Positions 28,957 through 39,443 of a DNA stretch of 57,937 nt are shown here, piece after piece. The translations under genes and the position numbers were made by a program. Location of the stretch: contig DDHO01000011.1 of the NCBI GenBank assembly GCA_002352935.1, positions 1 through 57,937 on the forward strand, given 5' to 3'. The notes beneath the pieces are model-generated. The model made no database searches. It was not told the DNA's origin and was given only the letters and a program-made list of their open reading frames with translations. This DNA is from Firmicutes bacterium UBA1874. Lineage in GTDB: Bacteria > Bacillota > UBA1874. How positions within the stretch are numbered: the first letter of the stretch is position 1; each line of letters starts with the position of its first letter.

Positions 28957-31129
28957 TAAATAAATCCCCTAACTTTACCCCTGTTTCCGCAGCTTTATTA
29001 TCTTCTGGCTGCGTTTCTTTTTCTTTATCTTTTTCATCCTGTTCACCGGTATTTTTTCCTCTTGCTTCGCGCAGGCTTAAACTCATACGCTGAGCTTTAT
29101 CATCCACACTTAGAATCTTCACTGGAATTACCTCACCTACGGAAACAACATCTTCCGGCTTTGCTACATGGTAGTCAGCTAACTGGGAAATGTGAACGAG
29201 CCCTTCTATTCCCGGTTCAACTTCTACAAACGCACCGAAAGGAGCGATGCGCAGAACCTTGCCTTCTACAATTTCTCCTACCTTATACTTTTCTGAAGCA
29301 GTTTCCCAAGGGTTGGGCTGGAGTTGCTTCAAACCAAGCGAAACCTTTCCTTCTTCTTTATTAACACCAAGAACCTTCACATCAATTCCCTGGCCAACCT
29401 TGAGAACAGACCGAGGATGATCAACGCGGCCCCAGGATATTTCGGAGACATGAAGCAGGCCGTCTACTCCCCCGATATCTACAAAAGCCCCAAAATCTGT
29501 AATGCGCCTTACAACACCGTTTACTACTTGTCCTTCTTCTAAATTATCCCAGGTTTCTCTCTTTTTATTTTCATACTCTTCGTCGAGTATTGCTTTCCGT
29601 GATAACACTACTTTATTCTTATTGCGGTCAAGTTCAATAACCTTTAACCGCAAATTTTTACCTACATAAGCTTCTAAATCTTCTACATAGCCTCTTTCTA
29701 CCAAGGAAGCAGGCACGAAACCGTTAACGCCCACATCTACCAGCAATCCTCCTTTAACTACTTCGACTACTTCCGCACTTATTTCCTCCTGTTTCTCAAA
29801 CGCATTCTCAAGCCGTTCCCAAGCCTGCTTGCGTTCAGCACGCCGTTTAGAAAGGATGGGGTTCCCATCTTCATTTTCGGGTCTGATAACAAACACTTCT
29901 ATTTCGTCTCCGATTTCCACCACTTCCCTGGGATTTTCAACTCGCCTTCGGGACAGCTCTGGCAGGGGAATTATACCTTCAGATTTGCCCCCTACATCTA
30001 CCAATACTTCATCCTGCCGTATCTCTACCACTTTCCCCTTAATAATCTCACCTTTACGGAGATTTACGATATTTTCGGTAAGTTGAACTTCAACATTCTC
30101 CCTTTCCTGCTCAATATTTTCATCTTCCGATTCTTGATTCAGTTCCTTTGGTTCTGTGCAGGTTTCTTTATCAGAAACCCCAGTAAGTTGTGCGTCCTGC
30201 TCCTGAGCAGTTCCTTCCGGTTCTTTTAATGGCGAACTATCCTCTTGCAGGGGTTTTTCCTCTTCTGAATCTGAATCAGGAATCTTTTTGTCATTCCACT
30301 CTTCCATTGTCCTAACTACCTCCTCAATAATCCAATCTGGGGTTGAAGCACCAGCAGTTACTCCCACCCTGTTTATATTATCAAACCACCGGAGACACAG
30401 CTCATCTGCCTGCTCGATATGGTAGGTTAAGGTTCCTGTTTGGCGGCACAATTGTGCCAATTTCTGCGTATTGGAACTGTTATAACCTCCAATAACAATC
30501 ATAACATCTACTTTTTTCGCCAGAGCAACTGCTGCCTGCTGGCGAAGGCGGGTTGCCGGGCAAATTGTATTGTGTGTCACCAGCTTATTGGTCTTAGTTT
30601 TTAAAACTTCTTCCACGCTGCGTAATTTTTCCTCCGGCAAGGTTGTTTGAGATAGTAAAACCATGGACTCCTCATGAACAGCAAGCCGTTCGGCTTCCGA
30701 AGCCCCGCCTATAACGAGCGCGGAACCCTCCGTCCAGGACACAACCCCTTTTATCTCGGGATGGTCGCGGTCCCCGACAATTACGACCCTGTATCCGTTT
30801 TGGTAATAACCTCGGGCCAGTTCCTGTAGGCGCTTAACGCGTTGACACGTTGCATCTATAAAATCTAACCCTTTTTCTTCAATTTTTCTAAAGGTCTCAA
30901 GGCCCTCTCCGTGGCTCCTAATTATTATAATGCCTTTATTTATTCCTTCAAGGCTTTTAATCTTATTGAGTCCTTTTCCTGCTAGCCATTCAACTACCTG
31001 AGGATTGTGAACCAAAGGTCCGAGAGAATATAACCCTTTATCTTCCTGTTCCAGTGCTTTCAGGGCCTTATTCACAGCTCTTCTAACGCCTTTACAAAAT
31101 CCACTATTTTTGGCAGTAATAATTTCCAA
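28913..31129 (-). CDS. ispH: Bifunctional 4-hydroxy-3-methylbut-2-enyl diphosphate reductase (IspH) / ribosomal protein S1 fusion
   Basis: The N-terminal 280 aa are IspH (SGFCKGV, THNTICPAT). An acidic linker of about 80 aa follows, then four S1 OB-fold repeats (GxVxxIxxFGAFV). TTG start. Confidence 0.9.
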   Translation of the reverse strand: MEIITAKNSGFCKGVRRAVNKALKALEQEDKGLYSLGPLVHNPQVVEWLAGKGLNKIKSLEGINKGIIIIRSHGEGLETFRKIEEKGLDFIDATCQRVKRLQELARGYYQNGYRVVIVGDRDHPEIKGVVSWTEGSALVIGGASEAERLAVHEESMVLLSQTTLPEEKLRSVEEVLKTKTNKLVTHNTICPATRLRQQAAVALAKKVDVMIVIGGYNSSNTQKLAQLCRQTGTLTYHIEQADELCLRWFDNINRVGVTAGASTPDWIIEEVVRTMEEWNDKKIPDSDSEEEKPLQEDSSPLKEPEGTAQEQDAQLTGVSDKETCTEPKELNQESEDENIEQERENVEVQLTENIVNLRKGEIIKGKVVEIRQDEVLVDVGGKSEGIIPLPELSRRRVENPREVVEIGDEIEVFVIRPENEDGNPILSKRRAERKQAWERLENAFEKQEEISAEVVEVVKGGLLVDVGVNGFVPASLVERGYVEDLEAYVGKNLRLKVIELDRNKNKVVLSRKAILDEEYENKKRETWDNLEEGQVVNGVVRRITDFGAFVDIGGVDGLLHVSEISWGRVDHPRSVLKVGQGIDVKVLGVNKEEGKVSLGLKQLQPNPWETASEKYKVGEIVEGKVLRIAPFGAFVEVEPGIEGLVHISQLADYHVAKPEDVVSVGEVIPVKILSVDDKAQRMSLSLREARGKNTGEQDEKDKEKETQPEDNKAAETGVKLGDLFSELFEENKVQENKD

Positions 31130-31402
31130 ACTTTTCTTCTCCCGCGATAAACTTCATAATCAATAAATAAAACAAGAAAACACCTGCTTTTTTAATTCTA
31201 TATTTTCCTGTGTTTATCCTGCTTGATAAAAATACAGGAAAGTTCCAGTTTCAACATTTTCGTTTAGTTTATGGCTTTAAGGTCCACATTATTAATCTTT
31301 TGAGAATCTTTCGTTATAAATAGCTAAATTCCTGCAAATTCGGACAAACGGATTCAGCGGAAAGATATCAAAGAGAAATTATACTGCTTAAAAATTACAT
31401 TT

Positions 31403-31996
31403 CTACTGCTGTTCTAAAAGGCCTTTTACAGTTTCCCAGGCAAGACGTTTATATTCTTTCAGCTCTTCTCCTTTTAAGCGGCCTGAAGGCATCTTAAAGG
31501 GCTTACCAATACGAACAGAAAAAGTATGGAACCGTCCTTTAGAAAAGATGTGCTTAGTATCTCTAACCGCTACTGGCAGAACCGGAGCGTTGCTCAGGGA
31601 AGCTAACAGAAATGCCCCATCTTGAAAGGGCTGCAATCCACCATGCTTGCTGCGCGTGCCTTCCGGGTAGATGCCCAGTACCTGACCCATTTTTAAAAGT
31701 TTCAATGCCTTGCGAAAAGCAGCCTGGTCGGATATATTCCTGTTGACAGGAAAAGCACCCCAGGCTCTGATAACTTGCGCTAACAATGGAATGCGAAAGA
31801 GTTCCTCTTTAGCCATAAAAAAAACCGTCCGGTCAAGTGCCGCTCCCAGTACAATTGGGTCCCAGTAGCTCACATGGTTACAAATTACCACAACAGGCCC
31901 CTTCCGCGGGAGGTTCTCCCTGCCTTCTACTTTCCAGTGGCAGATATGTTGAAAAAACAGCCGAAATAAAAAACGTGATACTTTATAAAACATCAA
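31403..31996 (-). CDS. plsC: 1-acyl-sn-glycerol-3-phosphate acyltransferase
   Basis: NHVSYWD (HX4D) and PEGTRS motifs. Confidence 0.9.
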   Translation of the reverse strand: MMFYKVSRFLFRLFFQHICHWKVEGRENLPRKGPVVVICNHVSYWDPIVLGAALDRTVFFMAKEELFRIPLLAQVIRAWGAFPVNRNISDQAAFRKALKLLKMGQVLGIYPEGTRSKHGGLQPFQDGAFLLASLSNAPVLPVAVRDTKHIFSKGRFHTFSVRIGKPFKMPSGRLKGEELKEYKRLAWETVKGLLEQQ

Positions 31997-32670
31997 CCTT
32001 CTCCTTTACACTGCTCGATGATTTTCTGCACTACCTGAGCAGGTGTAAGAGCATCAGTATTAATTACATAGGCATCCGGGTGCCGTACAAGTGGTGCAAG
32101 TTTCCTTTCCCTATCCAGCCGGTCCCTTATCTCCAATTCTTTTTTTACTTGCTCAAATTCTACTTCATAACCGTTTTTCATAAGTTCCTGATACCTGCGT
32201 CTTGCCCTTTCCAGGGGAGAAGCCGTGATAAAAAACTTGTACTTCGCCTGCGGAAGCACATAACTGCCAATATCCCTCCCATCCATAACCACACCTCCGT
32301 CAGCTGACATGCTTCTCTGCAGTTCGGCCATTCTCATCCTTACACCCGGTACTCCCGCTACGGTAGAAACGTATCTCGAAACCAGCGGTTTCCTTATCTG
32401 CTTGGTTACGTCCCTGCCATCACAAAAAACCCGGGGCAGAGAATCCGGGCTTTTGTTTTTAAGTACAATATTAGTTTCCCGTGCAAGATTAGAAAGCCCC
32501 ACTTCGTCCTCTAACGGAACCCCGAGCTCAAGCGCTTTAAAAGTCAGCGCGCGGTACATCGCTCCCGTATCTATATATAAATAACCGAGTTTTTTTGCCA
32601 GCATACGGGCTACCGTACTTTTACCAGCTCCTGCAGGCCCGTCAATTGCAATATTTTCACCACTGTTCAT
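31993..32670 (-). CDS. cmk: Cytidylate kinase
   Basis: IAIDGPAGAGKST P-loop and full-length Cmk similarity. Confidence 0.93.
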   Translation of the reverse strand: MNSGENIAIDGPAGAGKSTVARMLAKKLGYLYIDTGAMYRALTFKALELGVPLEDEVGLSNLARETNIVLKNKSPDSLPRVFCDGRDVTKQIRKPLVSRYVSTVAGVPGVRMRMAELQRSMSADGGVVMDGRDIGSYVLPQAKYKFFITASPLERARRRYQELMKNGYEVEFEQVKKELEIRDRLDRERKLAPLVRHPDAYVINTDALTPAQVVQKIIEQCKGEG

Positions 32671-32749
32671 ACCCTTCCCTCCCGGGACATTCTACCATAA
32701 AATCCCGGACAAGCCAACGACCCCACAATTCGCAATAAGTTGCGAACAA

Positions 32750-34036
32750 CTAATCTTCCAACAGTGACTTCAGATGCTCAAAAAAGCCGGGATATGAAAT
32801 ACCTGCGCTTTCTGCTTCCCGAACTACCGTTTCTCCCTCAGCCACAAGGCCGGCAACAGCCAGCGACATAGCTAACCGGTGATCGCCATGTGCATTTACC
32901 TCAGCTGCACGCAATCTTACAGGGCCTTTTATGATCATACCGTCAGGAAGTTCTTTTACTTGTGCTCCCATGCATTTTAATTCCTTAACGGTCAGGGATA
33001 TGCGGTCGCTTTCCTTAACGCGAAGTTCCTGTGCATCTTTGATTAAGGTTTCTCCATGTGCCTGAGTAGCAGCTACGGCCAAAACAGGAATTTCATCTAT
33101 TAGTCTGGGGATAATACCTCCCTTTATACAAGTCCCCTTTAATTTTGAAGCACGCACTAAAAGATCGGCAACTGGTTCCCCGGCTATCATTTTTTGGTTT
33201 ATGATCCTAACGTCGGCTTCCATTTTTCTCATTATTTCTATAATCCCGGTCCGGGTAGGGTTTATACCCACGTTTTTGATGAGGATCTCAGCACCAGGTA
33301 CGATACAAGCAGCTACAAGAAAAAAAGCAGCGGCCGAAATGTCGCCGGGAATAAAAAGCTTTTGACCTTTAAGACGGTTATTACCTGAAACAACAACCTC
33401 CAGCCCTTTTTTCTTAATTTTCCCCCCGAAGGAACGAAGCATACGTTCAGTATGATCGCGTGAAAGAAATGGTTCAGTTATGCTTGTAACCCCGTCCGTA
33501 AAAAGCGCTGCCAGAATAATTGCAGATTTAACCTGAGCACTCGCAACCGGCAGGGTATAGTTTAAAGCTTTCAAAGGTCTACCCACAACTGTAAGGGGAG
33601 CGAACCTGCCACCCTGTCTGCCGAAAATAAATGCTCCCATTTTCCTTAAAGGTTCAACCACCCTGGCCATGGGTCTTTTTCTCAGAGACGCATCACCGGT
33701 TAGAGTAAAATATCCTTCCTGACCCGCCAGGGCTCCCAATAATATGCGCATTGTAGTCCCGGAATTTCCTGCCTGAAGTACATCCTGAGGTTCCTGTAAA
33801 CCTCTCAGTCCCAGGCCATAAATTTTCAAGTCGCTATTAGAGTTTTCGACCTTTGCTCCCAGCGCTTCCAAGCATCTTAACGTGCTCAGACAGTCTTCGC
33901 CCGGAGAAAAGCCGCCGATCTCCGTGATCCCCTCTGCCAATGTGCCCAAAATGGCTGCGCGGTGAGATATAGATTTATCTCCTGGAACGCATATTTCTCC
34001 CCGCATTTTTACCGGCCCGGTAATATGAAAATCCAA
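32750..34036 (-). CDS. aroA: 3-phosphoshikimate 1-carboxyvinyltransferase (EPSP synthase)
   Basis: PGDKSISHR and LGNSGTTMR-like (AGNSGTTMR) motifs, 428 aa. Confidence 0.94.
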   Translation of the reverse strand: MDFHITGPVKMRGEICVPGDKSISHRAAILGTLAEGITEIGGFSPGEDCLSTLRCLEALGAKVENSNSDLKIYGLGLRGLQEPQDVLQAGNSGTTMRILLGALAGQEGYFTLTGDASLRKRPMARVVEPLRKMGAFIFGRQGGRFAPLTVVGRPLKALNYTLPVASAQVKSAIILAALFTDGVTSITEPFLSRDHTERMLRSFGGKIKKKGLEVVVSGNNRLKGQKLFIPGDISAAAFFLVAACIVPGAEILIKNVGINPTRTGIIEIMRKMEADVRIINQKMIAGEPVADLLVRASKLKGTCIKGGIIPRLIDEIPVLAVAATQAHGETLIKDAQELRVKESDRISLTVKELKCMGAQVKELPDGMIIKGPVRLRAAEVNAHGDHRLAMSLAVAGLVAEGETVVREAESAGISYPGFFEHLKSLLED

Positions 34037-34048
34037 TTCGCTACCTCC

Positions 34049-35155
34049 CTAACGCCTGTACACTTCTATTCCCTTTTCTGAAAGTACTTGCTCGGCCTTT
34101 GCCCGTTCTTCGGCAGTGGCAAATGCAATTCTTATTGAGCCTTTTTCTCCTTCTCTTACTCGAAGTATTTCTATGTCCGAAATATTTGAGCCACTACGGC
34201 CCAACGCGGAAGCTACTTCTCCTATTATGCCCGGCCGATCCGGAACTGCAATTAACAGTTCATACAAGGGAGGAAGTATACCTTTCTGTTCCCTGGGAAT
34301 TTGTTCCCTGCAGGTCTGTGCTTTCCTCAACCACTCCAGAAGCTGATCCCGTTTGTTTCCTTCTAACAATGCGCACAATGCGTCCATTTGTTTTTGAAAA
34401 CGAAGAATGGCTTCTTTCAACCTCTTTTTATTAGCCAGGCATATATCCACCCAAAGTTCAGGATTAGATCCCGCAACACGTGTAGTATCACGGAAACCGC
34501 CTGCGCTTAAAGTTAAAGTATGGCTTTCTTCCTTATTTAGCTCTGCAGCTGCGTTTACCAGGGCGGCAGCAAGCACATGCGGAAGGTGGCTTACCGTTGC
34601 AACTATGCGATCGTGAGTAGCGGGATCCATCAATACGGGCCTCGCGCCGAGGATTTCTACCATAGAAATTATCTTTTTGATCGCCTCATCCGGAGTTTTA
34701 TGGGTGGGGGTGAGAGCATAAACAGCGTTTTCAAACAGGTAGCTATCCGCTGCCTGGAATCCCGATCGTTCAGAACCGCTCATCGGGTGCCCTCCTAAAA
34801 ATTTCAAGCCTGCCGGGAGGAGACGTTCCATTGCACTCACAATAGTTTCTTTTGTGCTCCCCACATCTGTGATAACGCACCCTTCTTGGATGTGCGGTAA
34901 GATCGTTTTTACCAGACCTGTAATAACGCTTACGGGCACCGCCATAACGACTATTTCTGCACCTGCCACCCCTTTTTCTATATCCTTTCCCGCCATATGA
35001 ACTGCACCCGCTGACAGCGCCATCTTTATCGTTTCTGCATCTTTATCTACTCCATATACACAGTTAACTTTTTTGCTGCCCTTAAGTCTCCAGGCTAAAG
35101 AACCTCCAATAAGGCCGAGACCGATTACAGTCACTTTTTGAAATTCAAAGGACAT
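34049..35155 (-). CDS. tyrA: Prephenate dehydrogenase with C-terminal ACT domain
   Basis: VTVIGLGLIGGS Rossmann motif and GGHPMSGSE catalytic motif. Confidence 0.9.
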   Translation of the reverse strand: MSFEFQKVTVIGLGLIGGSLAWRLKGSKKVNCVYGVDKDAETIKMALSAGAVHMAGKDIEKGVAGAEIVVMAVPVSVITGLVKTILPHIQEGCVITDVGSTKETIVSAMERLLPAGLKFLGGHPMSGSERSGFQAADSYLFENAVYALTPTHKTPDEAIKKIISMVEILGARPVLMDPATHDRIVATVSHLPHVLAAALVNAAAELNKEESHTLTLSAGGFRDTTRVAGSNPELWVDICLANKKRLKEAILRFQKQMDALCALLEGNKRDQLLEWLRKAQTCREQIPREQKGILPPLYELLIAVPDRPGIIGEVASALGRSGSNISDIEILRVREGEKGSIRIAFATAEERAKAEQVLSEKGIEVYRR

Positions 35156-36000
35156 TTGCTCTCCACCTCAATATGTTGCGGGTATGATCCCAGTATCTGT
35201 ACCTCAGCCATAGTTCTTACGCGAGAAATAACCTCTAAAAGTGCTTTTTCCGAGCAGTGCCCTTCGCAATCCAGGAAAAATACATATTCCCCCAAATTAT
35301 ACTTGGTCGGCCGTGACTCTATTCTCGTCAGGTTTATCTCCGCGCGTGCAAATTCTTTTAAGATATTGTACAGTACTCCCGGCCTGTTCTCGGGCGGGCT
35401 CACCACTAAAGACGTTTTATCGCAGCCGGTTCTCATTGTTGAGCCCCTCCCGACAATAATAAAACGGGTTTTATTTCCTTCATAATCCTGAATGCTGGCT
35501 GCCAGGATCTGTAGTCCGTACCGTCTTGCAGCGAGAGGAGAACTTATAGCAGCAGAGTTTTCTTTTTCCCCTTGTGAGGCAACCCTTCCAGCTGCTTCCG
35601 CGGTGCTCACAGTTTCTATTATCCGGGCATGAGACAGCCGTTTATTAAGAAAACCCTGGCACTGCGCTAGAGCCTGGGGATGAGAATAAACAACTTCAAT
35701 ATTTTCTAATGAAGAGTTCTTACCGGCAAGGCAGTGTTCAACAAGAACAATAATTTCACCTTTAATAGATAACTCTTTTAGTTCTCTTAAACGATCAAGA
35801 GTGAGGTTGACTGCTCCCTCTATGGAATTTTCCACAGGAACAACGCCCGCGTCAACGTCTCCTCCTCTTACTGCTAAAAGCACCTCGGGGATGCTTTTAA
35901 AAGGTACTAGCTCCAAGGTGTCTTTTTGTTGCTGGGACCAGTTGTAAGCAGCCTGGTGAGAAAAAGTTCCCGGTGGTCCTAAATAACCCAATCTTTTCAA
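35131..36000 (-). CDS. pheA: Prephenate dehydratase
   Basis: YLGPPGTFSH N-terminus and TRF..ESRP ACT-domain motifs (TRIESRP). Confidence 0.92.
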   Translation of the reverse strand: MKRLGYLGPPGTFSHQAAYNWSQQQKDTLELVPFKSIPEVLLAVRGGDVDAGVVPVENSIEGAVNLTLDRLRELKELSIKGEIIVLVEHCLAGKNSSLENIEVVYSHPQALAQCQGFLNKRLSHARIIETVSTAEAAGRVASQGEKENSAAISSPLAARRYGLQILAASIQDYEGNKTRFIIVGRGSTMRTGCDKTSLVVSPPENRPGVLYNILKEFARAEINLTRIESRPTKYNLGEYVFFLDCEGHCSEKALLEVISRVRTMAEVQILGSYPQHIEVESKCPLNFKK

Positions 36001-36007
36001 AATTCCA

Positions 36008-37033
36008 TCACGCCAGTTTTCTCCCCTCTATGTGGGCTATTTTTTTTATTTGCTCCATCACGCCCGCAAAATCGTCCGGCGTCAACGACTGAGAACCGTC
36101 GGAGACCGCTTCCGAAGGGTTAGGATGAACTTCAACCATAAGGCCGTCCGCTCCTGCTGCAACCGCAGCCTTGCTCATCGGCGCAACCAGCTGCCGCTGC
36201 CCGGTACCATGGCTGGGATCAACTATTATGGGTAGATGAGAGAGGTGTTTTATTATTGGCACCGTACTGAGATCAAGCGTATTGCGCGTATAAGTTTCAA
36301 AGGTGCGAATTCCCCTCTCGCAGAAGATCACGTTATAATTTCCGCCGGCCATAATATATTCCGCAGCCAAAATCCACTCTTCTATGGTGGAGGACAGGCC
36401 GCGTTTTAAAAGCACCGGCTTATTGATTGCCCCCAGTTCCTTCAAAAGATAAAAATTCTGCATATTCCTTGCACCCACTTGCAGAAGATCAGCATATTCC
36501 GCAACTAAGTGCACAGTATTTTGGTCCATTACCTCAGTAACTACGGGCAGGCCGGTAAGTTCCCGTGCTTTGGCCAGAATTTTTAATCCTTTTTCCTGTA
36601 ATCCCTGGAAAGAGTAAGGAGAAGTGCGCGGTTTAAAAGCTCCGCCTCTCAGCATAGTGGCTCCTGCTTTCTTCACGGCTTCCGCCGCCTGAAGGAGGCT
36701 TTCCTCACTTTCAACGGCACACGGACCTGCAATTACCTCCAGTTCTTCTCCTCCTATCTTACGGTTTCCCACATTAATAACAGAATCTTCCGGGTGAAAT
36801 TCCCTCCCCGCAAGTTTGTAAGGCTGCAAAATGGGTACTACTTTTTCGACTCCCGGCATAACTTCGATGGCCATTTCACGCAATTTTGTTTTTGTATCCT
36901 CCCCAATTACTCCGATAATTGTACGGGCAACACCGCTCGAAAGATGTATTTTAAAGCCTTCTCGAGAAAGGCGTTCCTTTACAGCTTCTATGTTCTCTTC
37001 TGAAACATTTCTTTCCATGATTATAATCACCAT
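36008..37033 (-). CDS. aroF: 3-deoxy-7-phosphoheptulonate (DAHP) synthase, class I-beta with N-terminal ferredoxin-like regulatory domain
   Basis: KDO8PS/DAHPS-I-beta core (GPCAVES, DPSH) preceded by a regulatory domain of about 70 aa. Confidence 0.9.
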   Translation of the reverse strand: MVIIIMERNVSEENIEAVKERLSREGFKIHLSSGVARTIIGVIGEDTKTKLREMAIEVMPGVEKVVPILQPYKLAGREFHPEDSVINVGNRKIGGEELEVIAGPCAVESEESLLQAAEAVKKAGATMLRGGAFKPRTSPYSFQGLQEKGLKILAKARELTGLPVVTEVMDQNTVHLVAEYADLLQVGARNMQNFYLLKELGAINKPVLLKRGLSSTIEEWILAAEYIMAGGNYNVIFCERGIRTFETYTRNTLDLSTVPIIKHLSHLPIIVDPSHGTGQRQLVAPMSKAAVAAGADGLMVEVHPNPSEAVSDGSQSLTPDDFAGVMEQIKKIAHIEGRKLA

Positions 37034-37162
37034 AAGCTCCCCTTTCTTCGATAATAATCGGTAAATTTAGAACCATTGCCTTTAAATTATATATAAAGAT
37101 TCCACCATAAAGCCTCACACGCCTTTCTTTGATGACAAAAAACGGTAAACCTTTTGGAAAAT

Positions 37163-37190
37163 AAAAAAGATCACCCCGGTTTAAGTGATC
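37163..37190 (-). terminator. Intrinsic terminator in the trpA-aroF spacer
   Basis: GATCAC (37190-37185), 10-nt loop, GTGATC (37174-37169), then TTTTTT (37168-37163). Confidence 0.65.
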
Positions 37191-37358
37191 GCAGCCATTT
37201 CAACCACCTCGCTACCGTTCTGCCGGAAATGCTTTTAAACCTTAACCTGTTTCTTGCCGTGCTTCCAGAATCTTCTACCCGGATATTATAAAATAGTGAA
37301 ATCAAGATCACAGTGGATCATAGCACAGCATCCGATCACTGGCAAGATTTTTTTATCT

Positions 37359-38186
37359 TTAAGCGCTGCAGGCCTCGTTAACAGCCTTTTTGAGACCTCC
37401 TATAAAACGGGATACCTCCCGTAGCAAGTCTTGAGAGCCGCTGTAAGAAGCAACTAAATTTACTACTGCACTCCCCACTATAACGCCATCACACCAAGAA
37501 GCAGCTTCACGGGCCTGTTCATTTGTGGAAATACCAAATCCCAGTGCCACAGGATAGCTGCTTTGCTTTTTGACGCGCGTTAGGTACTGGGGGATACCGG
37601 GTGCTATATTCTTCCGAGCTCCAGTTACCCCTGTTAAAGATACACAGTAGATAAAACCTCGTGCCGAGGCCAGAATGCTTCCCAGCCTTTTCTGGGGAGT
37701 AGTAGGAGCTACCAGCGGTATCATGCTTATATTCTTTTTGTGTATAGTACTGCGCAGTTCTTCGCTTTCCTCTAAAGGAAGGTCGGGGACAATAAGGCCG
37801 TCAACTCCACATGAAGAAGCCTGCACAGCAAAACTGTCAAAACCAAAACGAAGCAGCGGGTTGTAATAGCTCATAAGAATAATAGGGACCTCCGTTCTGG
37901 CCCGTACTTCTGATACCATTTCTAATATTTTGGGAAGGTTAGTACCCGCTTTCAAAGCGCGAGTAGAAGCTGCCTGAATGGCAGGCCCATCCGCAATAGG
38001 ATCTGAAAACGGAACTCCGAGTTCTACCACATCAGCACCTTCTGCAGCGGCAGTCAGAACTAATTTTTTTGTGGTTTCCAAATCTGGGTCTCCTGCGCAA
38101 AAATAGATAATAAGAGTTTTTTCTCTTCTTTTTGAATTCTCTTTAAATACCCCGGCAACCCGGTCTAAGTGTTCTGCCGGAATCAT
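37359..38186 (-). CDS. trpA: Tryptophan synthase alpha chain
   Basis: Full-length TrpA similarity (ELGVPFSDPIADGP). ATG 38186 lies 8 nt after GGAAAGGAG. Confidence 0.93.
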   Translation of the reverse strand: MIPAEHLDRVAGVFKENSKRREKTLIIYFCAGDPDLETTKKLVLTAAAEGADVVELGVPFSDPIADGPAIQAASTRALKAGTNLPKILEMVSEVRARTEVPIILMSYYNPLLRFGFDSFAVQASSCGVDGLIVPDLPLEESEELRSTIHKKNISMIPLVAPTTPQKRLGSILASARGFIYCVSLTGVTGARKNIAPGIPQYLTRVKKQSSYPVALGFGISTNEQAREAASWCDGVIVGSAVVNLVASYSGSQDLLREVSRFIGGLKKAVNEACSA

Positions 38187-38249
38187 AATCACTGCTCCTT
38201 TCCAAAAGCACAACTTATTTTTTAACTGGAAAAAATTACTGTATAAGCA

Positions 38250-39443
38250 TTAAATATGTGCGCCGCTGCCAAGCACTCCGGCAACAGTCTGTACGTCCTT
38301 ATCGCCCCTTCCTGACAAGTTTACGATTATGATTTCTTCTTTACTCATATTTCCTGCTTCCCGTTTAATATAAGCAAGCGCATGAGCGCTTTCCAAGGCA
38401 GGGATTATCCCTTCCGTACGGGCTAAAAGCTGAAACGCATCAAGAGCTTCCCGGTCAGTAACCGATACGTATTCAGCTCTCTTTGAATCTTTTAGATAAC
38501 TGTGTTCCGGGCCCACCCCGGGGTAATCTAAACCCGCGGAAATCGAATGAACAGGACTAACCTGTCCGAATTCATCCTGCAGGAGGTAGCTGTAAGAACC
38601 GTGAAGTACTCCGGGAATTCCCTTGGTGAGGGACGCCGCATGCTCTCCGGTATCTAGTCCCCTTCCTGCAGCCTCCACACCTATAAGCCTTACGTCATCA
38701 TCTAGGAACGGGTAGAAAATGCCCATAGCATTACTTCCCCCTCCTACGCAGGCAACAATGCAGTCCGGAAGCCTGCCTTCCTTTTCAATAATCTGTTCCC
38801 GTGTTTCCCTGCCGATTACCGTTTGAAAATCCCTGACCATGACAGGGTAGGGGTGCGGTCCCACTACCGAACCGATAACATAATAAGTGTCGTTCACATT
38901 TGTTACCCAGTCCCTTATGGCCTCGCTGGTAGCATCCTTGAGAGTTCGGGAACCGGTAGAGACCGGAACAACTTCAGCACCCAAAAGACGCATGCGAAAC
39001 ACATTTAACTCCTGCCTCCGCATATCTTCTTCGCCCATAAAAATCTCACACTTTAAGCCCAGCAGGGCAGCAGCAGTCGCTGTAGCCACACCGTGTTGAC
39101 CGGCTCCCGTTTCAGCAATGATACGTTTTTTCCCCATCCTCCGAGCCAGCAAAACCTGGGCCAGAGCGTTATTAATCTTGTGTGCACCCGTGTGATTGAG
39201 GTCTTCTCTTTTTAAATATATTTTCGCCCCTCCCAGTTTCCGAGTTAACTGATCAGCATAATAGAGCGGTGTCGGCCTACCCACGTATTCCCGAAGATAA
39301 AACGATAAAGTATTTAAAAATTCCGGATCGCTGCGGGCTTTAAAATAGGCTTTTTCAAGTTCAAGAACGGCAGGCATCAATGTTTCGGCTAAAAAACGAC
39401 CTCCATAATCTTTAAAGTGACCTTCGCTATCAGGTAATACCAT
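38250..39443 (-). CDS. trpB: Tryptophan synthase beta chain (TrpB1 type)
   Basis: [14 protein letters not shown]-lysine motif, 397 aa. Confidence 0.95.
   Translation of the reverse strand: MVLPDSEGHFKDYGGRFLAETLMPAVLELEKAYFKARSDPEFLNTLSFYLREYVGRPTPLYYADQLTRKLGGAKIYLKREDLNHTGAHKINNALAQVLLARRMGKKRIIAETGAGQHGVATATAAALLGLKCEIFMGEEDMRRQELNVFRMRLLGAEVVPVSTGSRTLKDATSEAIRDWVTNVNDTYYVIGSVVGPHPYPVMVRDFQTVIGRETREQIIEKEGRLPDCIVACVGGGSNAMGIFYPFLDDDVRLIGVEAAGRGLDTGEHAASLTKGIPGVLHGSYSYLLQDEFGQVSPVHSISAGLDYPGVGPEHSYLKDSKRAEYVSVTDREALDAFQLLARTEGIIPALESAHALAYIKREAGNMSKEEIIIVNLSGRGDKDVQTVAGVLGSGAHI

Noticed and set aside
37034-37130. Promoter for aroF downstream of the trpA-aroF terminator (TATAAT within ATATATAATT at about 37090).
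   Set aside because: A good -10 hexamer is present but there is no acceptable -35 or TG extension at the right spacing. It is left unannotated.
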